Both the position numbers and the translations under genes were made by a program. The notes beneath the pieces are model-generated. The model was given only the letters and a program-made list of their open reading frames with translations, had not been told where the DNA came from and made no database searches. Shown piece after piece: positions 24,201-33,585 of a stretch of DNA of 34,233 nt; the first letter of the stretch is position 1, and each line of letters begins with the position of its first letter. Origin of the DNA: a virus (taxonomy: Duplodnaviria > Caudoviricetes); the IMG/VR virus record IMGVR_UViG_3300027756_000030, positions 1 to 34,233 of that record; one strand, given 5' to 3'.

Positions 24201-24688
24201 GGGGCCCTGCCGACGGCTTTGTTAAGGTTTACTCGTCGGGTAATCTCACGGTTGATAAAAGATATGTCTTTAGATAACTTTTCCGACATCATTTGGATCA
24301 AACTGTGGTAATTAGAAAGCTCTTGATACTTATCGGCCTTATCTCGGTAGACCTCGTCTACCTCAATCTCAGCATCTATGATGGCTACTGCTTTACCGCC
24401 AGCCTTCATGGTCAGTTTTTTTCTAGCCTTCTCTATAATCATTTCTTTTTCGGCTTCGGCTTTATCTGTGTGGGCACACCACACCTGTAAATTAATAAAC
24501 TCCAAGTAAGCTACATACTTAGCGTACAAATCCATTAAGTTCTCATCACCCACAGATGTAACATCTTCTGGAAGTGAGGGGGGATCATAACTGTAACCCT
24601 CGTTTAATGACAGACCTTGACCCTTTAACTTACTAATAGCTCTTTTGCTAGCCTCTGCTAGTTGTAGTTCAATTGGACTCATTTTCAT
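24185..24688 (-). CDS. helical protein, possible UvsY-like recombination mediator
   Basis: Coiled-coil character and position in the recombination cluster; function is inference. Confidence 0.55.
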   Translation of the reverse strand: MKMSPIELQLAEASKRAISKLKGQGLSLNEGYSYDPPSLPEDVTSVGDENLMDLYAKYVAYLEFINLQVWCAHTDKAEAEKEMIIEKARKKLTMKAGGKAVAIIDAEIEVDEVYRDKADKYQELSNYHSLIQMMSEKLSKDISFINREITRRVNLNKAVGRAPWLTP

Positions 24689-25529
24689 ACCCCTTGCACT
24701 TGGCGCATCCTGTTGCCCCTATATTACATGCTGGTGCCGTATTGGAGTCAACAGCTTCATTGATCATCTTTGCTGCATCAAATAGTTGGGTAATACCAAA
24801 ATCGCTTTTGGGTATAACAAACTCTTTAGCTTCTTGATTTGCCTTTGATTCATAAATAAGTACAGCCTCTTGCGGCACGTCCTCATACCCCAATAGCTCA
24901 GCTAGTTTCATATAAATCTGAACCTGAGTAATATGCTTCATAAAAGGCTCTTTGATGGACTTCCAAGTTTTTTCTACATCATTGTTGTTCTCTTTAAGTA
25001 TTTCTGGTATCTCATACCTAAGCGTTCCCGCACCCACAGATTTAATCTCAAGCATTAGTGGATCGCCAAACCCCTTTAGCCAACCATCTGAATGACCTGA
25101 GATGCGTAACGGTTTGTAATCTAAAGGCACTTCGTTATAACGCAAAAACTTTGGATCAATTTTATGATCAGAAGGTACGCCCCAAAAAGTATCTTTACAA
25201 TCGGTGCAATGCCACTGTCCGTACAGCTTATCCATTTCTTTAAACCAATTTTGCCATTTAGCATGAATAGCGTGGCCCTCTTCAAATACAGATAAAAGTT
25301 TAAATGAATAGCTACGTGGATTAGGGACTTGACCTAACAAATGAAAATAAGAAGCTCTGTAACACCAATCTGATCCAGCCATTTCTGAGGGGTGTAGAAC
25401 ATTTGTTCTACGAGACTCATCACGTGGGCTAGCTAGTACGTGTCGTTCAACTGATGCAAGTACCCTACTTGGAATCTTGCCAGCTGCAATAAAATTCTTT
25501 AATGATCCCGTAGGTTTGTATGCACTCAT
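24669..25529 (-). CDS. Cas4-like PD-(D/E)XK exonuclease; leaderless
   Basis: HPSE..C, GHAIH, GHSDG, LEIKS, QVQIYM, C-terminal Cys cluster. Confidence 0.85.
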   Translation of the reverse strand: MSAYKPTGSLKNFIAAGKIPSRVLASVERHVLASPRDESRRTNVLHPSEMAGSDWCYRASYFHLLGQVPNPRSYSFKLLSVFEEGHAIHAKWQNWFKEMDKLYGQWHCTDCKDTFWGVPSDHKIDPKFLRYNEVPLDYKPLRISGHSDGWLKGFGDPLMLEIKSVGAGTLRYEIPEILKENNNDVEKTWKSIKEPFMKHITQVQIYMKLAELLGYEDVPQEAVLIYESKANQEAKEFVIPKSDFGITQLFDAAKMINEAVDSNTAPACNIGATGCAKCKGYENESN

Positions 25530-25541
25530 AGCGGTAATCTA

Positions 25542-25856
25542 TCACGATTTACGGGTATCTACCCATTCTTTAAATGTTAAACCGGCCTTCTTAGCTTTGC
25601 GTTTTAATGCGTTGCGTTCGCGGTGAGACATGCCGCCCCAAATACCGTGCTGTTCATCCATCTTGTCTGAGTACAACAAACATTGTTTACGAACCGGGCA
25701 TTCTGGTAATCCATCTTTGCCGTAGCAAACGGCTTTAGAGACCTCAGCTATAACTCTGTATTTAGCTTTGTCTCTTGGTGGGAACCAGAGTTCTGTATCC
25801 ATGCCTCGGCACTTGGCTTTGTATCGCCATGGCTCTGGTCCTGCGCTGTCGTACAA
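25542..25856 (-). CDS. whiB: WhiB-family transcription factor
   Basis: AKCRG..LWFP, AVC..CPVRKQC, HGIWGGMSHRER; CAGGAG RBS with TTG start. Confidence 0.9.
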   Translation of the reverse strand: MYDSAGPEPWRYKAKCRGMDTELWFPPRDKAKYRVIAEVSKAVCYGKDGLPECPVRKQCLLYSDKMDEQHGIWGGMSHRERNALKRKAKKAGLTFKEWVDTRKS

Positions 25857-26173
25857 GTATGCTCCTGAAGAGTTTGGCGCAATTCTAGAAAATCATCTTC
25901 AGTTAAGATAACGTAATTTTCGTTATTCAAACTTATTCCGAGGACGGGAGTCCGACTGTCAAGAATTGCTTCTTTAACAATCTTTTCCAAAACCGCTGCT
26001 TTGACGGTAAAGGAGGCTTTGCCAGTCCACTTATGTTCTATTAACAAATCAGTGGAACGCACATCACCTTTCCGACTCCAAAACGCACCGCTTGCAGCTG
26101 ATCGCTGCCCGCCAATTGCTTTAGCTAATCGGTCCTCATGCTTCTTAGACTGTTTTTGTCCTTCACTCCTCAT
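25748..26173 (-). CDS. PD-(D/E)XK Holliday junction resolvase (Hjc-like)
   Basis: HEDRLAK, ASGA, KGDV, LIEHK. Confidence 0.8.
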   Translation of the reverse strand: MRSEGQKQSKKHEDRLAKAIGGQRSAASGAFWSRKGDVRSTDLLIEHKWTGKASFTVKAAVLEKIVKEAILDSRTPVLGISLNNENYVILTEDDFLELRQTLQEHTCTTAQDQSHGDTKPSAEAWIQNSGSHQETKLNTEL

Positions 26174-27218
26174 CGGAGTCTTCGGCTACGAATTTAGATC
26201 CGGCTTTAATCGAATCTAGTACGTCCCGCTCAAGGGTTTCTTTCAGGTCAATCTCTTCCCGTATTGAGCTAAGCATAGCATCACTACCCTGCCATTGGCG
26301 ACCCGCGTAACGATAGTAGGCACCTGCTCTGGTAATCACCTTATTAATAATTCCCATGGCAATTACTTCTTTAGCAAAATCAAACTCTCCGGCTGGAACG
26401 GTCTCTCCTTCTAAAAAGTAAAAGTCAACTGTAGCCACTTGGGAAGGGGCTGCTGATTTATTTTTAATAATACGGGCTTTAATAGACTGCCCAACACGAC
26501 GTTTTTCTTGGCCTGTGCCGGATTCAATCCACTCATCGCGCCGTACTTCGGTGCGAGTAAAGAACGCGTAGTCTTTGCCTAGGCCACCTGGGGTAGTTCT
26601 AGGATCCCCATACATAACGCCAATCTTCATGCGGTACTGGTTAATGACAATACCGATAAATGGGCGCTCTGGGGAAACAAGGGATCTCTTGGAAGCTTTG
26701 CCAACTTTACGGAAGAACTTATTAGTTAAAAGTGCGCCCCTGCCTACCGTGGATTCATCCATTTCTTTATCGTCTTCTGCTGAAGGGACCAAGGCAGGTA
26801 AAGAATCAAGAACAATACAATCGATTGCTTTGCTTTCTGCAAATTTGATAACTGCCCCATAGGCTTCCTCCATAATATTTGTTGAAACAACATAGACTCT
26901 AGAGGAGTCCACGCCACACAATTCTGCGTAACCAACTACCCACTCTTCAGCAGCAACCCATACAGTAGTAAACTCTGGATCTCGTTTTTGATTAGCGGCA
27001 ACAGTTTTTAAAGCTAAGGCCGTCTTACCATTACTTGCTTCACCAATAATCTCATGCCACTGATTAGGGGGCCAGCCGCCACCAAGTGCCACATCAATTG
27101 ATAATGAGCCGGAAGTAAAACGAGGTGGTGAGGCAATAATGTCAGAACCTAAAACAATAGTTCCGGCACCAAGATCTTTATTAATTTTGTTAACAACTGC
27201 CATTGCCTCTTTGTTCAT
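26163..27218 (-). CDS. recA: RecA/UvsX recombinase
   Basis: SGSLSIDVALGGG, GEASNGKT, VLDSL, INQYRMKIGVMYGDPRTTPGG, KNK. Confidence 0.95.
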   Translation of the reverse strand: MNKEAMAVVNKINKDLGAGTIVLGSDIIASPPRFTSGSLSIDVALGGGWPPNQWHEIIGEASNGKTALALKTVAANQKRDPEFTTVWVAAEEWVVGYAELCGVDSSRVYVVSTNIMEEAYGAVIKFAESKAIDCIVLDSLPALVPSAEDDKEMDESTVGRGALLTNKFFRKVGKASKRSLVSPERPFIGIVINQYRMKIGVMYGDPRTTPGGLGKDYAFFTRTEVRRDEWIESGTGQEKRRVGQSIKARIIKNKSAAPSQVATVDFYFLEGETVPAGEFDFAKEVIAMGIINKVITRAGAYYRYAGRQWQGSDAMLSSIREEIDLKETLERDVLDSIKAGSKFVAEDSDEE

Positions 27219-27580
27219 TAAATGTGTCCAATAATTGTTGTTGGGTTAAAGCCACCAGTTGGTACTTGTGTAGCCGGTGTTGGAGGTCCTGAAGTTTGGC
27301 CGCCTTGGCCAATAATACCGGTGCCTGCGCCACTACCTGATTGTTGAATTGGGTAGCCGCAATCGTAACAACGAGCCCTGCTCTCTGCTGTTCCTCCGTA
27401 ATTACCGCTACCGCAACCTGGGCAACGGGGAGCAGACGGCTGTGTCTGTTGTGAAGGTGGATAAGTAGGTTGTTGGGGTGTTGCATACTGCGCTGGTTGT
27501 GGTGCTACATACGCCGGCGCGGGCGTCCCTGTCTGTTGAGGTTGTGTTCCAAGCTTCTGTGCCCACCAATTACTACTCAT
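27218..27580 (-). CDS. Pro/Gln-rich zinc-ribbon protein
   Basis: Start ATG 27580 after GGAGG; CPGCGSGNY...CYDCGYP. Confidence 0.8.
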   Translation of the reverse strand: MSSNWWAQKLGTQPQQTGTPAPAYVAPQPAQYATPQQPTYPPSQQTQPSAPRCPGCGSGNYGGTAESRARCYDCGYPIQQSGSGAGTGIIGQGGQTSGPPTPATQVPTGGFNPTTIIGHI

Positions 27581-28040
27581 GATTATCCTCCATTTGTATG
27601 AACCCCGTTGGTGCTGAGGTTGGGTTAATAATTTGTAAATGCGTTCCCACTGAAAAAGTTCCAACTAAAGTTGACAATGCAATTGTTTTAAAAAGAGCCT
27701 GCATCATCTCTATCTGCCTATCATCAATTGAATCAGCTAAAAGACCTGAGTCTTCTAGTTCTTTTGTATGTATAGTTGTAATTAAATTTGCGCTAATTTC
27801 TGCCATTTGTTTTAAAAATGGAATGTATTGTTCTATAGCCTCTAATCTGTTGTCACTGTCCTCTTGTTCTTTTACATCACCTTCTTGACTAACCTTGCTA
27901 AGGCCAATCAATTCTGCTAATTCATTTTGATCAGCAAAATCTGTGTCATACATATACCACCGTACTATAGTGCTAACCGGGATATCTAGCCGGTGTACAA
28001 CATACTCCTCTCTTCCAAAAAGCCGGCGAAGCCAGTTCAC
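27573..28040 (-). CDS. hypothetical protein
   Basis: GTG 28040 overlapping the polymerase stop (GTGA). Confidence 0.75.
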   Translation of the reverse strand: MNWLRRLFGREEYVVHRLDIPVSTIVRWYMYDTDFADQNELAELIGLSKVSQEGDVKEQEDSDNRLEAIEQYIPFLKQMAEISANLITTIHTKELEDSGLLADSIDDRQIEMMQALFKTIALSTLVGTFSVGTHLQIINPTSAPTGFIQMEDNHE

Positions 28041-30016
28041 TTGGCATCCCCCCATTTTTGAACAGTTGCCATATCAGCTAGTAAGGGTATAGAAAGCAAG
28101 TTGATGCCCTCCATAGCCTCTTTAATAGCAGTCTCAGTCTCTTTAACCAAGTGATCTGGAGTCAAAGTTACAAGCTCATCATGCACTGTGAGTATCAAGC
28201 TTGCCTCCTTTGGAATAAAGTCTTGAGCGCGTATCATAGCAAGTTTAATGATATCTGCTGCCGAACCTTGGATTCTTGTGTTAAAGGCTTGACGCTCAGC
28301 GCTGGCCCTAAACCCTATGTTTTTAGATGTAATGTCCGGTAAGTAACGTCGACGATTAAGAATAGTTGTGACATAGCCTAGATTACGAGCAACCCCAACA
28401 ACCTTGCTTTTGTAGTCGCTGATGGCTGAAAACTTCTGAGAAAAATCATTTAATAATTTTTTAGCTTCTTTGGCTGAGCAACCAATTGATTTAGCAATCT
28501 TGTCTGGGCCTACACCATAGGCGATAGAAAGAACCAAGACCTTGCCAGCTTTACGGTCTACACCCATAGTGTTTCCAACCGTTGTGTATATGTCCTCACC
28601 CTTCATATAGTTGTCTATCATGATCTCATCTTGTGACATGGAGGCAATTACTCGCGGCTCAATCTGTGAGTAGTCAGCTACTACTAACTTAAAACCCTCT
28701 GGCGCTATAAATAAATTACGAATGGCTCGACCATGCTCAGTGTGTGGAGCCGGTACGTTTTGAAGGTTAGGGTTTCGACTAGAAAACCGACCAGTCTCAG
28801 CACCCCACTGAATGAAGTCACCATAAATCCTGCCGTTTACTAGCAAGCTCTCTTTGTCTTCAACCTTAGACTTGCCGTTAACAGTCTTTACAACCTCTCC
28901 ACCTATGTAGGGAGTGACGTATGTGCTAAGAAGTTTATTAAGTTCAGAGTATTTAAGTAAAGCGTCAACAAGCTCGTCCTTACCTCTAAACTCCTCTAAA
29001 GCCTCAGCTGATACAGAGTAGTCCTTGTAAGTTAAGGACTGCTCACCCTGTGCAATGATTTTCTTTTCTCCACGACCGGTTAATACCTGAGTACGAAGAC
29101 CGCGGCACCCTTCTTCTTTAGGGCCGTACAAAATCCACTGCTTATCACCGTTAGAGTTCATATTAAATATACCGCCAATAGAATAAATCTCAGCTTTTGC
29201 CGCCTCAACCTCTTCAGTAAGCTTGTCGTACAGAATCTTTAATTGATTGGTGTCAATTGGCGCCCCAGTTAATTTCATTTTACAAAGTACATAAAGTACA
29301 TCCATCTCAAGTGCCATAACTTTTTCTACGTTTGCGGCAACAATTTTAGGGGCCAGTACTTTCCAAAGTAGAAATGTGTATTTAGCATCAAGAAATGCGT
29401 ATTTTGCTACGTCATTAAAACCGTAGATCTCCACCATATGTCCAATGCCTTTTTTCATTGAATAGCCTAGTTCTCTTAGTAAACAATCATCTAGACCCAA
29501 CTTGTTCTTGTTCTTATTGTCATACAAAAAAGACCCCATCAAGGTGTCAAAATAAGGGCCAGAAGGAATATTACCTTCGTAGTACTTTGCTACAGAGCTT
29601 AAATCAAAAGCTAAGTTGTGGCCTACAGTTAAAATATTGTTGTTAAAAAATAAAGGTTTTAATGCCTCAAAGACCTCTGCTGGGAATAGCTGCGTAGGAG
29701 CCGGTCCGAAAGATCTAAGAGATTTTTTGCGATCAACAGAGTAATCACTTTCGCGTAATGAAAGACCTTCAAGTATGCGTTTTTCTCCTTGAGGTGTAAG
29801 CGGGAAAACTTCTGACTCAAACTCACCATGTGGGTGGCCAATCGGAATAACATCCCCGCGACCGTGTGTAGCAAAGCTAAGCCAAAGTACTTCGTTAACA
29901 GCTGGAATACCACGTTTATCTCCTACAGTTTCGACGTCATAAGCAAACGCGTCTTGAGTGAGATAGTAAGCAACCATCGCATCAAGGTCTGCCTTAGTTG
30001 TAATTATATGATCCAT
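28037..30016 (-). CDS. polA: family A DNA polymerase with 3'-5' exonuclease
   Basis: YDVET, HNLAFD, YAFLDA; TGRFSSRNPNLQN, ADYSQIEPR, RKAGK...YG, IQGSAAD, VHDEL. Confidence 0.95.
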   Translation of the reverse strand: MDHIITTKADLDAMVAYYLTQDAFAYDVETVGDKRGIPAVNEVLWLSFATHGRGDVIPIGHPHGEFESEVFPLTPQGEKRILEGLSLRESDYSVDRKKSLRSFGPAPTQLFPAEVFEALKPLFFNNNILTVGHNLAFDLSSVAKYYEGNIPSGPYFDTLMGSFLYDNKNKNKLGLDDCLLRELGYSMKKGIGHMVEIYGFNDVAKYAFLDAKYTFLLWKVLAPKIVAANVEKVMALEMDVLYVLCKMKLTGAPIDTNQLKILYDKLTEEVEAAKAEIYSIGGIFNMNSNGDKQWILYGPKEEGCRGLRTQVLTGRGEKKIIAQGEQSLTYKDYSVSAEALEEFRGKDELVDALLKYSELNKLLSTYVTPYIGGEVVKTVNGKSKVEDKESLLVNGRIYGDFIQWGAETGRFSSRNPNLQNVPAPHTEHGRAIRNLFIAPEGFKLVVADYSQIEPRVIASMSQDEIMIDNYMKGEDIYTTVGNTMGVDRKAGKVLVLSIAYGVGPDKIAKSIGCSAKEAKKLLNDFSQKFSAISDYKSKVVGVARNLGYVTTILNRRRYLPDITSKNIGFRASAERQAFNTRIQGSAADIIKLAMIRAQDFIPKEASLILTVHDELVTLTPDHLVKETETAIKEAMEGINLLSIPLLADMATVQKWGDAK

Positions 30017-30035
30017 TTTATACCCCTTAAAAGGA

Positions 30036-30065
30036 TGGGGCTAATGCCGTTAAGCACTAGCCCCA
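30036..30065. other. intergenic hairpin between SSB and polymerase
   Basis: TGGGGCTA-a-TGC...GCA-c-TAGCCCCA; no U-tract. Confidence 0.55.
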
Positions 30066-30081
30066 CCTGCAATGAACTAAC

Positions 30082-30753
30082 TTAGAGAAGACTATCGGCT
30101 ACGGCTTCTAGTTCTTCCCACGTTGAGGACTTAATAGCTGAAGCTTCGTAAGGAACTAGTGCTTCAAGTGCTGCCTCATGTGCAGTTACGTCAATGCCCC
30201 AATCTTCTAAAAGATCACGAGCCTTAACTGGATTAAGGAGGTAAGCGGTGCTTTGCATTTTGCCGGTACGGCTTATTGCCCAATAGTTCTTTGTTAAAGG
30301 ACCGGTAGGTGAGAAGTGTGCGGCGTGCAGTGTCTTGTAAAGACGTGGACTTGCAATAAGCATCTGTCGTTCTACGCCACTAGCGGTCAGAATAGCAAGG
30401 CTAAAAGCCTTCTTATCTTCAGGCTTGCTTCCAAGCTTTACGCATAGCGGATCGTTGGCCCCTAGTGAAATGTAAGAGCGCTTGCCAGTGGTTTTCTGTG
30501 ACAAGAAGTGTTGCTTGTATACAGCGAAGGGTCCGTTTGGATCAAGGAACTTAACGATTTGATACTCACCGTCAGTAAACTTGAACTCAGTTGGATAATC
30601 ACCTGCGGGTACTGCTGATTTTTCAGCGGCATCCCAACCTGATTGAACTGTTGAGATAGTTGCTTTTTGAACTGGTCTTGCATTGATATCTGAGTCTGTT
30701 TTTGCAAACTCATCTGCCGTTGGGAGGTAATCCTCTGTTCGGTTTATTGCCAT
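30082..30753 (-). CDS. putative single-stranded DNA-binding protein (gp32-like)
   Basis: IVKFLD...PFAVYKQHF pattern, acidic tail, next to the polymerase. Confidence 0.65.
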   Translation of the reverse strand: MAINRTEDYLPTADEFAKTDSDINARPVQKATISTVQSGWDAAEKSAVPAGDYPTEFKFTDGEYQIVKFLDPNGPFAVYKQHFLSQKTTGKRSYISLGANDPLCVKLGSKPEDKKAFSLAILTASGVERQMLIASPRLYKTLHAAHFSPTGPLTKNYWAISRTGKMQSTAYLLNPVKARDLLEDWGIDVTAHEAALEALVPYEASAIKSSTWEELEAVADSLL

Positions 30754-30773
30754 ATGTTTTTCATCCTTTTATG

Positions 30774-31247
30774 TTAGTTGTCAGTGTTTTCATTTGCTCG
30801 GGTTTGACTCCAAGCCTCGGCTATATCTAAAGATACCTGCCGGTGTAATGGCCATTCTATGCGCTTTGTGTGCAATAGTCCAGCCTTATCTAGTATCTCT
30901 ACTAGCTTTTCCACCATGGCTCTTGAATACAACCTTCTCCCGGCGTGGTCTTTTCCATTTATATCCTTCTTCATTGGAAGTCGGTATGGAGATGCTGGTA
31001 TGTAACCCTGTTTGATCCAAGCACGTATTGAAACAACTGGGCGACCTACAGCAGCAGCTAAAGCGCCAATAGTAAACATTTCAAGGTCTCTGCCGTTGGG
31101 TAATGTTTTAGTAACAGGGTTAGCATCCCAGGATGTATCTAACTTTGTTTCTAAGGGTTTAGCTACTATTGGTTTTCTTTTGCGTTTACTGTTTGGATAA
31201 TAACTATCCAAGTCAGCAAAAGTAGATTCAATTAAATCATCAGTCAT
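30774..31247 (-). CDS. MerR-like helix-turn-helix protein
   Basis: FTIGALAAAVGRPVVSIRAWIKQGYIP...RLYS; start ATG 31247. Confidence 0.8.
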   Translation of the reverse strand: MTDDLIESTFADLDSYYPNSKRKRKPIVAKPLETKLDTSWDANPVTKTLPNGRDLEMFTIGALAAAVGRPVVSIRAWIKQGYIPASPYRLPMKKDINGKDHAGRRLYSRAMVEKLVEILDKAGLLHTKRIEWPLHRQVSLDIAEAWSQTRANENTDN

Positions 31248-31653
31248 TTGATGCTTTAACCAAAAATGCGTAAGAAATTTTAGATGGGAACATCCGATCA
31301 ATGTCGGCTTCTGAAAGTTCATCTGTGTAAACACAAGACATAATTGCGTCTTCTTGAAGAACAGGAATCATTTTTACGCACTTGTCGTAAATGCCACGTT
31401 CTTTAAGTAGAGCTTCTGCAATATCCATATCAAGAGTTTTTGATACGCGACGTTGTTGTGTAAGGGTTACTTCACCTGTAATTTCGTCATCAACTTTAAG
31501 TGTGACGTGTCCGCGATCATCGGTTTCACCGGCGGATTCAACTGTAGATTTAAGACGAGACTTTAATTCGTCTTGTCGTTTTGTTAATACTTCAACTTCT
31601 TTTTTAAGTGAAAGATACTGACGTAGATTAGATTTTATATCGAGTAGACTCAT
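31240..31653 (-). CDS. hypothetical coiled-coil protein
   Basis: 137 aa; AAAGGA RBS. Confidence 0.8.
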   Translation of the reverse strand: MSLLDIKSNLRQYLSLKKEVEVLTKRQDELKSRLKSTVESAGETDDRGHVTLKVDDEITGEVTLTQQRRVSKTLDMDIAEALLKERGIYDKCVKMIPVLQEDAIMSCVYTDELSEADIDRMFPSKISYAFLVKASND

Positions 31654-31705
31654 GCTTTTCCTTTGTTTAGCTTAGAGCACTTGTGCCCTGTAGCGACGTA
31701 AGGAA

Positions 31706-31735
31706 AACTTATACCTGCCCACTGACAGGTGTCAA
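31706..31735 (-). promoter_or_regulatory. sigma-A-type promoter of the replication operon
   Basis: TTGACA-18 nt-TAAGTT with TGTCAGTG in the spacer. Confidence 0.75.
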
Positions 31736-31736
31736 G

Positions 31737-31892
31737 TTACTGGTCAGTACGACCTTTTGAGTAAGCCTCTAGCGCCTCAATAATGACTGAGGTAACGGTT
31801 ACACCCTCTTTGGCTGCCTTGTACTGTACGGCCTTCCAGAGGTCGTCAGGGACACGTATGGTACGCGTCGGGGTCTTAGGTGCGTTAGGCAT
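31737..31892 (-). CDS. ribbon-helix-helix DNA-binding protein; leaderless
   Basis: Not in the ORF track. MPNAPKTPTRTIRVPDDLWKAVQYKAAKEGVTVTSVIIEALEAY; TACAAT 6 nt before the ATG. Confidence 0.85.
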   Translation of the reverse strand: MPNAPKTPTRTIRVPDDLWKAVQYKAAKEGVTVTSVIIEALEAYSKGRTDQ

Positions 31893-31917
31893 CCATCAAT
31901 TGTACAGGGCAATACGG

Positions 31918-33585
31918 CTAAACAGTAGCCATATACAGGAACTCTTTAAGGCTTCCTACGTTCATAGGTATTCCACCTTGGTCATCAATACCCTCGCCGT
32001 CGACTACCGCGCTCGCCAAAGCGTTCTTCTGCTGTAGAGCCTCGTACTGGCGCTCCTCAATAGATCCGGCAATAATTAGATCTTGAATAACAATTGAGGG
32101 CCATGTAGATGAAGCTCTCATAATACGACCATTGCGTTGAACAGCTCCACCCGAGGTCCATGGTAAGTCGTAGTTAACTAGCAAATTAGCTGCCGGTAGG
32201 TCTACACCATAACCCCCAGCGTCTGAGCTAATCAAAACACGAACTGCTGGATCTGTGTTAAAAGCAATTTTATTATTTTCTTTACTCTTGGCATCTAACT
32301 TGCCTGAGTATTTTCTACATTGATCTGGTCCAAGACCGTTAGCAATCATGTCTAACATATCTACATAGGTAGCAAATATAACTACCTTGTTAGCTGTGTT
32401 GAGGTCTAAAAAATCTTTAACATAACTAATTAAATATTCAAGCTTTGGGGAGTCGTCAATGCCGTCAAGTAAACCTGACTTTACTAACTCTGAGGCGTAA
32501 GCAGAACCACCCTTAGTTCCAAAGGTGGGGGTCATTTTACTAAACATAACAACAGTTCCGTCGTCGTCTTCGTCTTCCCAAAGAACGGTTTTATCAATTG
32601 AATTATATTTTCTAGCGCTGGCGCGTAGTAAGTTTGGATGGGAACACAGCATTTTTAAACAGCCCATTTTAGACATAATTCGACCTCGAATCTCGTCTTC
32701 CGGCCCCCCACCTTTTTTCTCGTATCCGTAATGGGATATTAAATTAAAAGATGCACCAAACAAATTCTGGGCCTCATCTAAATCTTTAATTAGATCTTCT
32801 TTAATAACGTCATAAAGCTTTACGTTTTTACGGTCAAATACAATACGGACAGGCTCTTTATGTATAGCGTCTGGAAGGTAGGGAGCTACATCTTCATCTT
32901 TCTGGGTCTTACGCACACAAGCTTCTTGTAGCTTTTCGTGTAGCGTAGACAAGTTTCTGTAACGCTGAACCCCACCCCAGTTATTACGAACAATAAAAGC
33001 GGAGTCAAAGATGTCAAAGCGCCCTAAAACTTGTGCATCTACAAACTGCATAATGCTAAATAACTCTTCTGGTTTACCGTTTTCAATAGGTGTTCCGGTA
33101 AGAGCGTATCGATATGGTGAACTAATTAAACGTTTGACTGCCTTTGATCGTTTAGATCTAAAGGACTTGATGGCTGTGGCTTCGTCGAGGACAACAAATC
33201 CTCTTGGTAAATTCTTGATGGAATCCCAGTCGTTAACAATTTGCTCGTAGTTAAGAATAATGTAATCAACCCCGGAGCTTCGCCAGTCCATGGCCTCAGC
33301 ATATTGCTCTGCTCTTTTCTTCGGCGTTCCATCAATGACCAAAGCCTTAGAAGTTCCATCGGTAAATTTCTCAATCTGATTAGCCCACTGATATTTCAAT
33401 GAGGATAGGCAGATTATAAGCCCTGGTTCTTTAACTTTGTTCTCATCCATCAAACGTTCTATAGCAGCAATGGTAAGAACGGTTTTACCCAAGCCAAGAT
33501 CGTATGCCACTAGAACCCTATGACGATCGACCATACGGTCTACGGCTTCAGGTTGGTAGGGGAGTAGTGTTCCTTTAAAGGTCAA
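31918..33585 (-). CDS. SNF2-family helicase
   Basis: DLGLGKT, VLDEATAIK, LTGTPIEN, GGYGVDL, QRNGRIMR. Confidence 0.92.
   Translation of the reverse strand: MTFKGTLLPYQPEAVDRMVDRHRVLVAYDLGLGKTVLTIAAIERLMDENKVKEPGLIICLSSLKYQWANQIEKFTDGTSKALVIDGTPKKRAEQYAEAMDWRSSGVDYIILNYEQIVNDWDSIKNLPRGFVVLDEATAIKSFRSKRSKAVKRLISSPYRYALTGTPIENGKPEELFSIMQFVDAQVLGRFDIFDSAFIVRNNWGGVQRYRNLSTLHEKLQEACVRKTQKDEDVAPYLPDAIHKEPVRIVFDRKNVKLYDVIKEDLIKDLDEAQNLFGASFNLISHYGYEKKGGGPEDEIRGRIMSKMGCLKMLCSHPNLLRASARKYNSIDKTVLWEDEDDDGTVVMFSKMTPTFGTKGGSAYASELVKSGLLDGIDDSPKLEYLISYVKDFLDLNTANKVVIFATYVDMLDMIANGLGPDQCRKYSGKLDAKSKENNKIAFNTDPAVRVLISSDAGGYGVDLPAANLLVNYDLPWTSGGAVQRNGRIMRASSTWPSIVIQDLIIAGSIEERQYEALQQKNALASAVVDGEGIDDQGGIPMNVGSLKEFLYMATV

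Noticed and set aside
12433-33585. Inteins or introns in RNR, RecA, polymerase or helicase
   Set aside because: Lengths are ordinary, motifs are contiguous and no splicing motifs are seen
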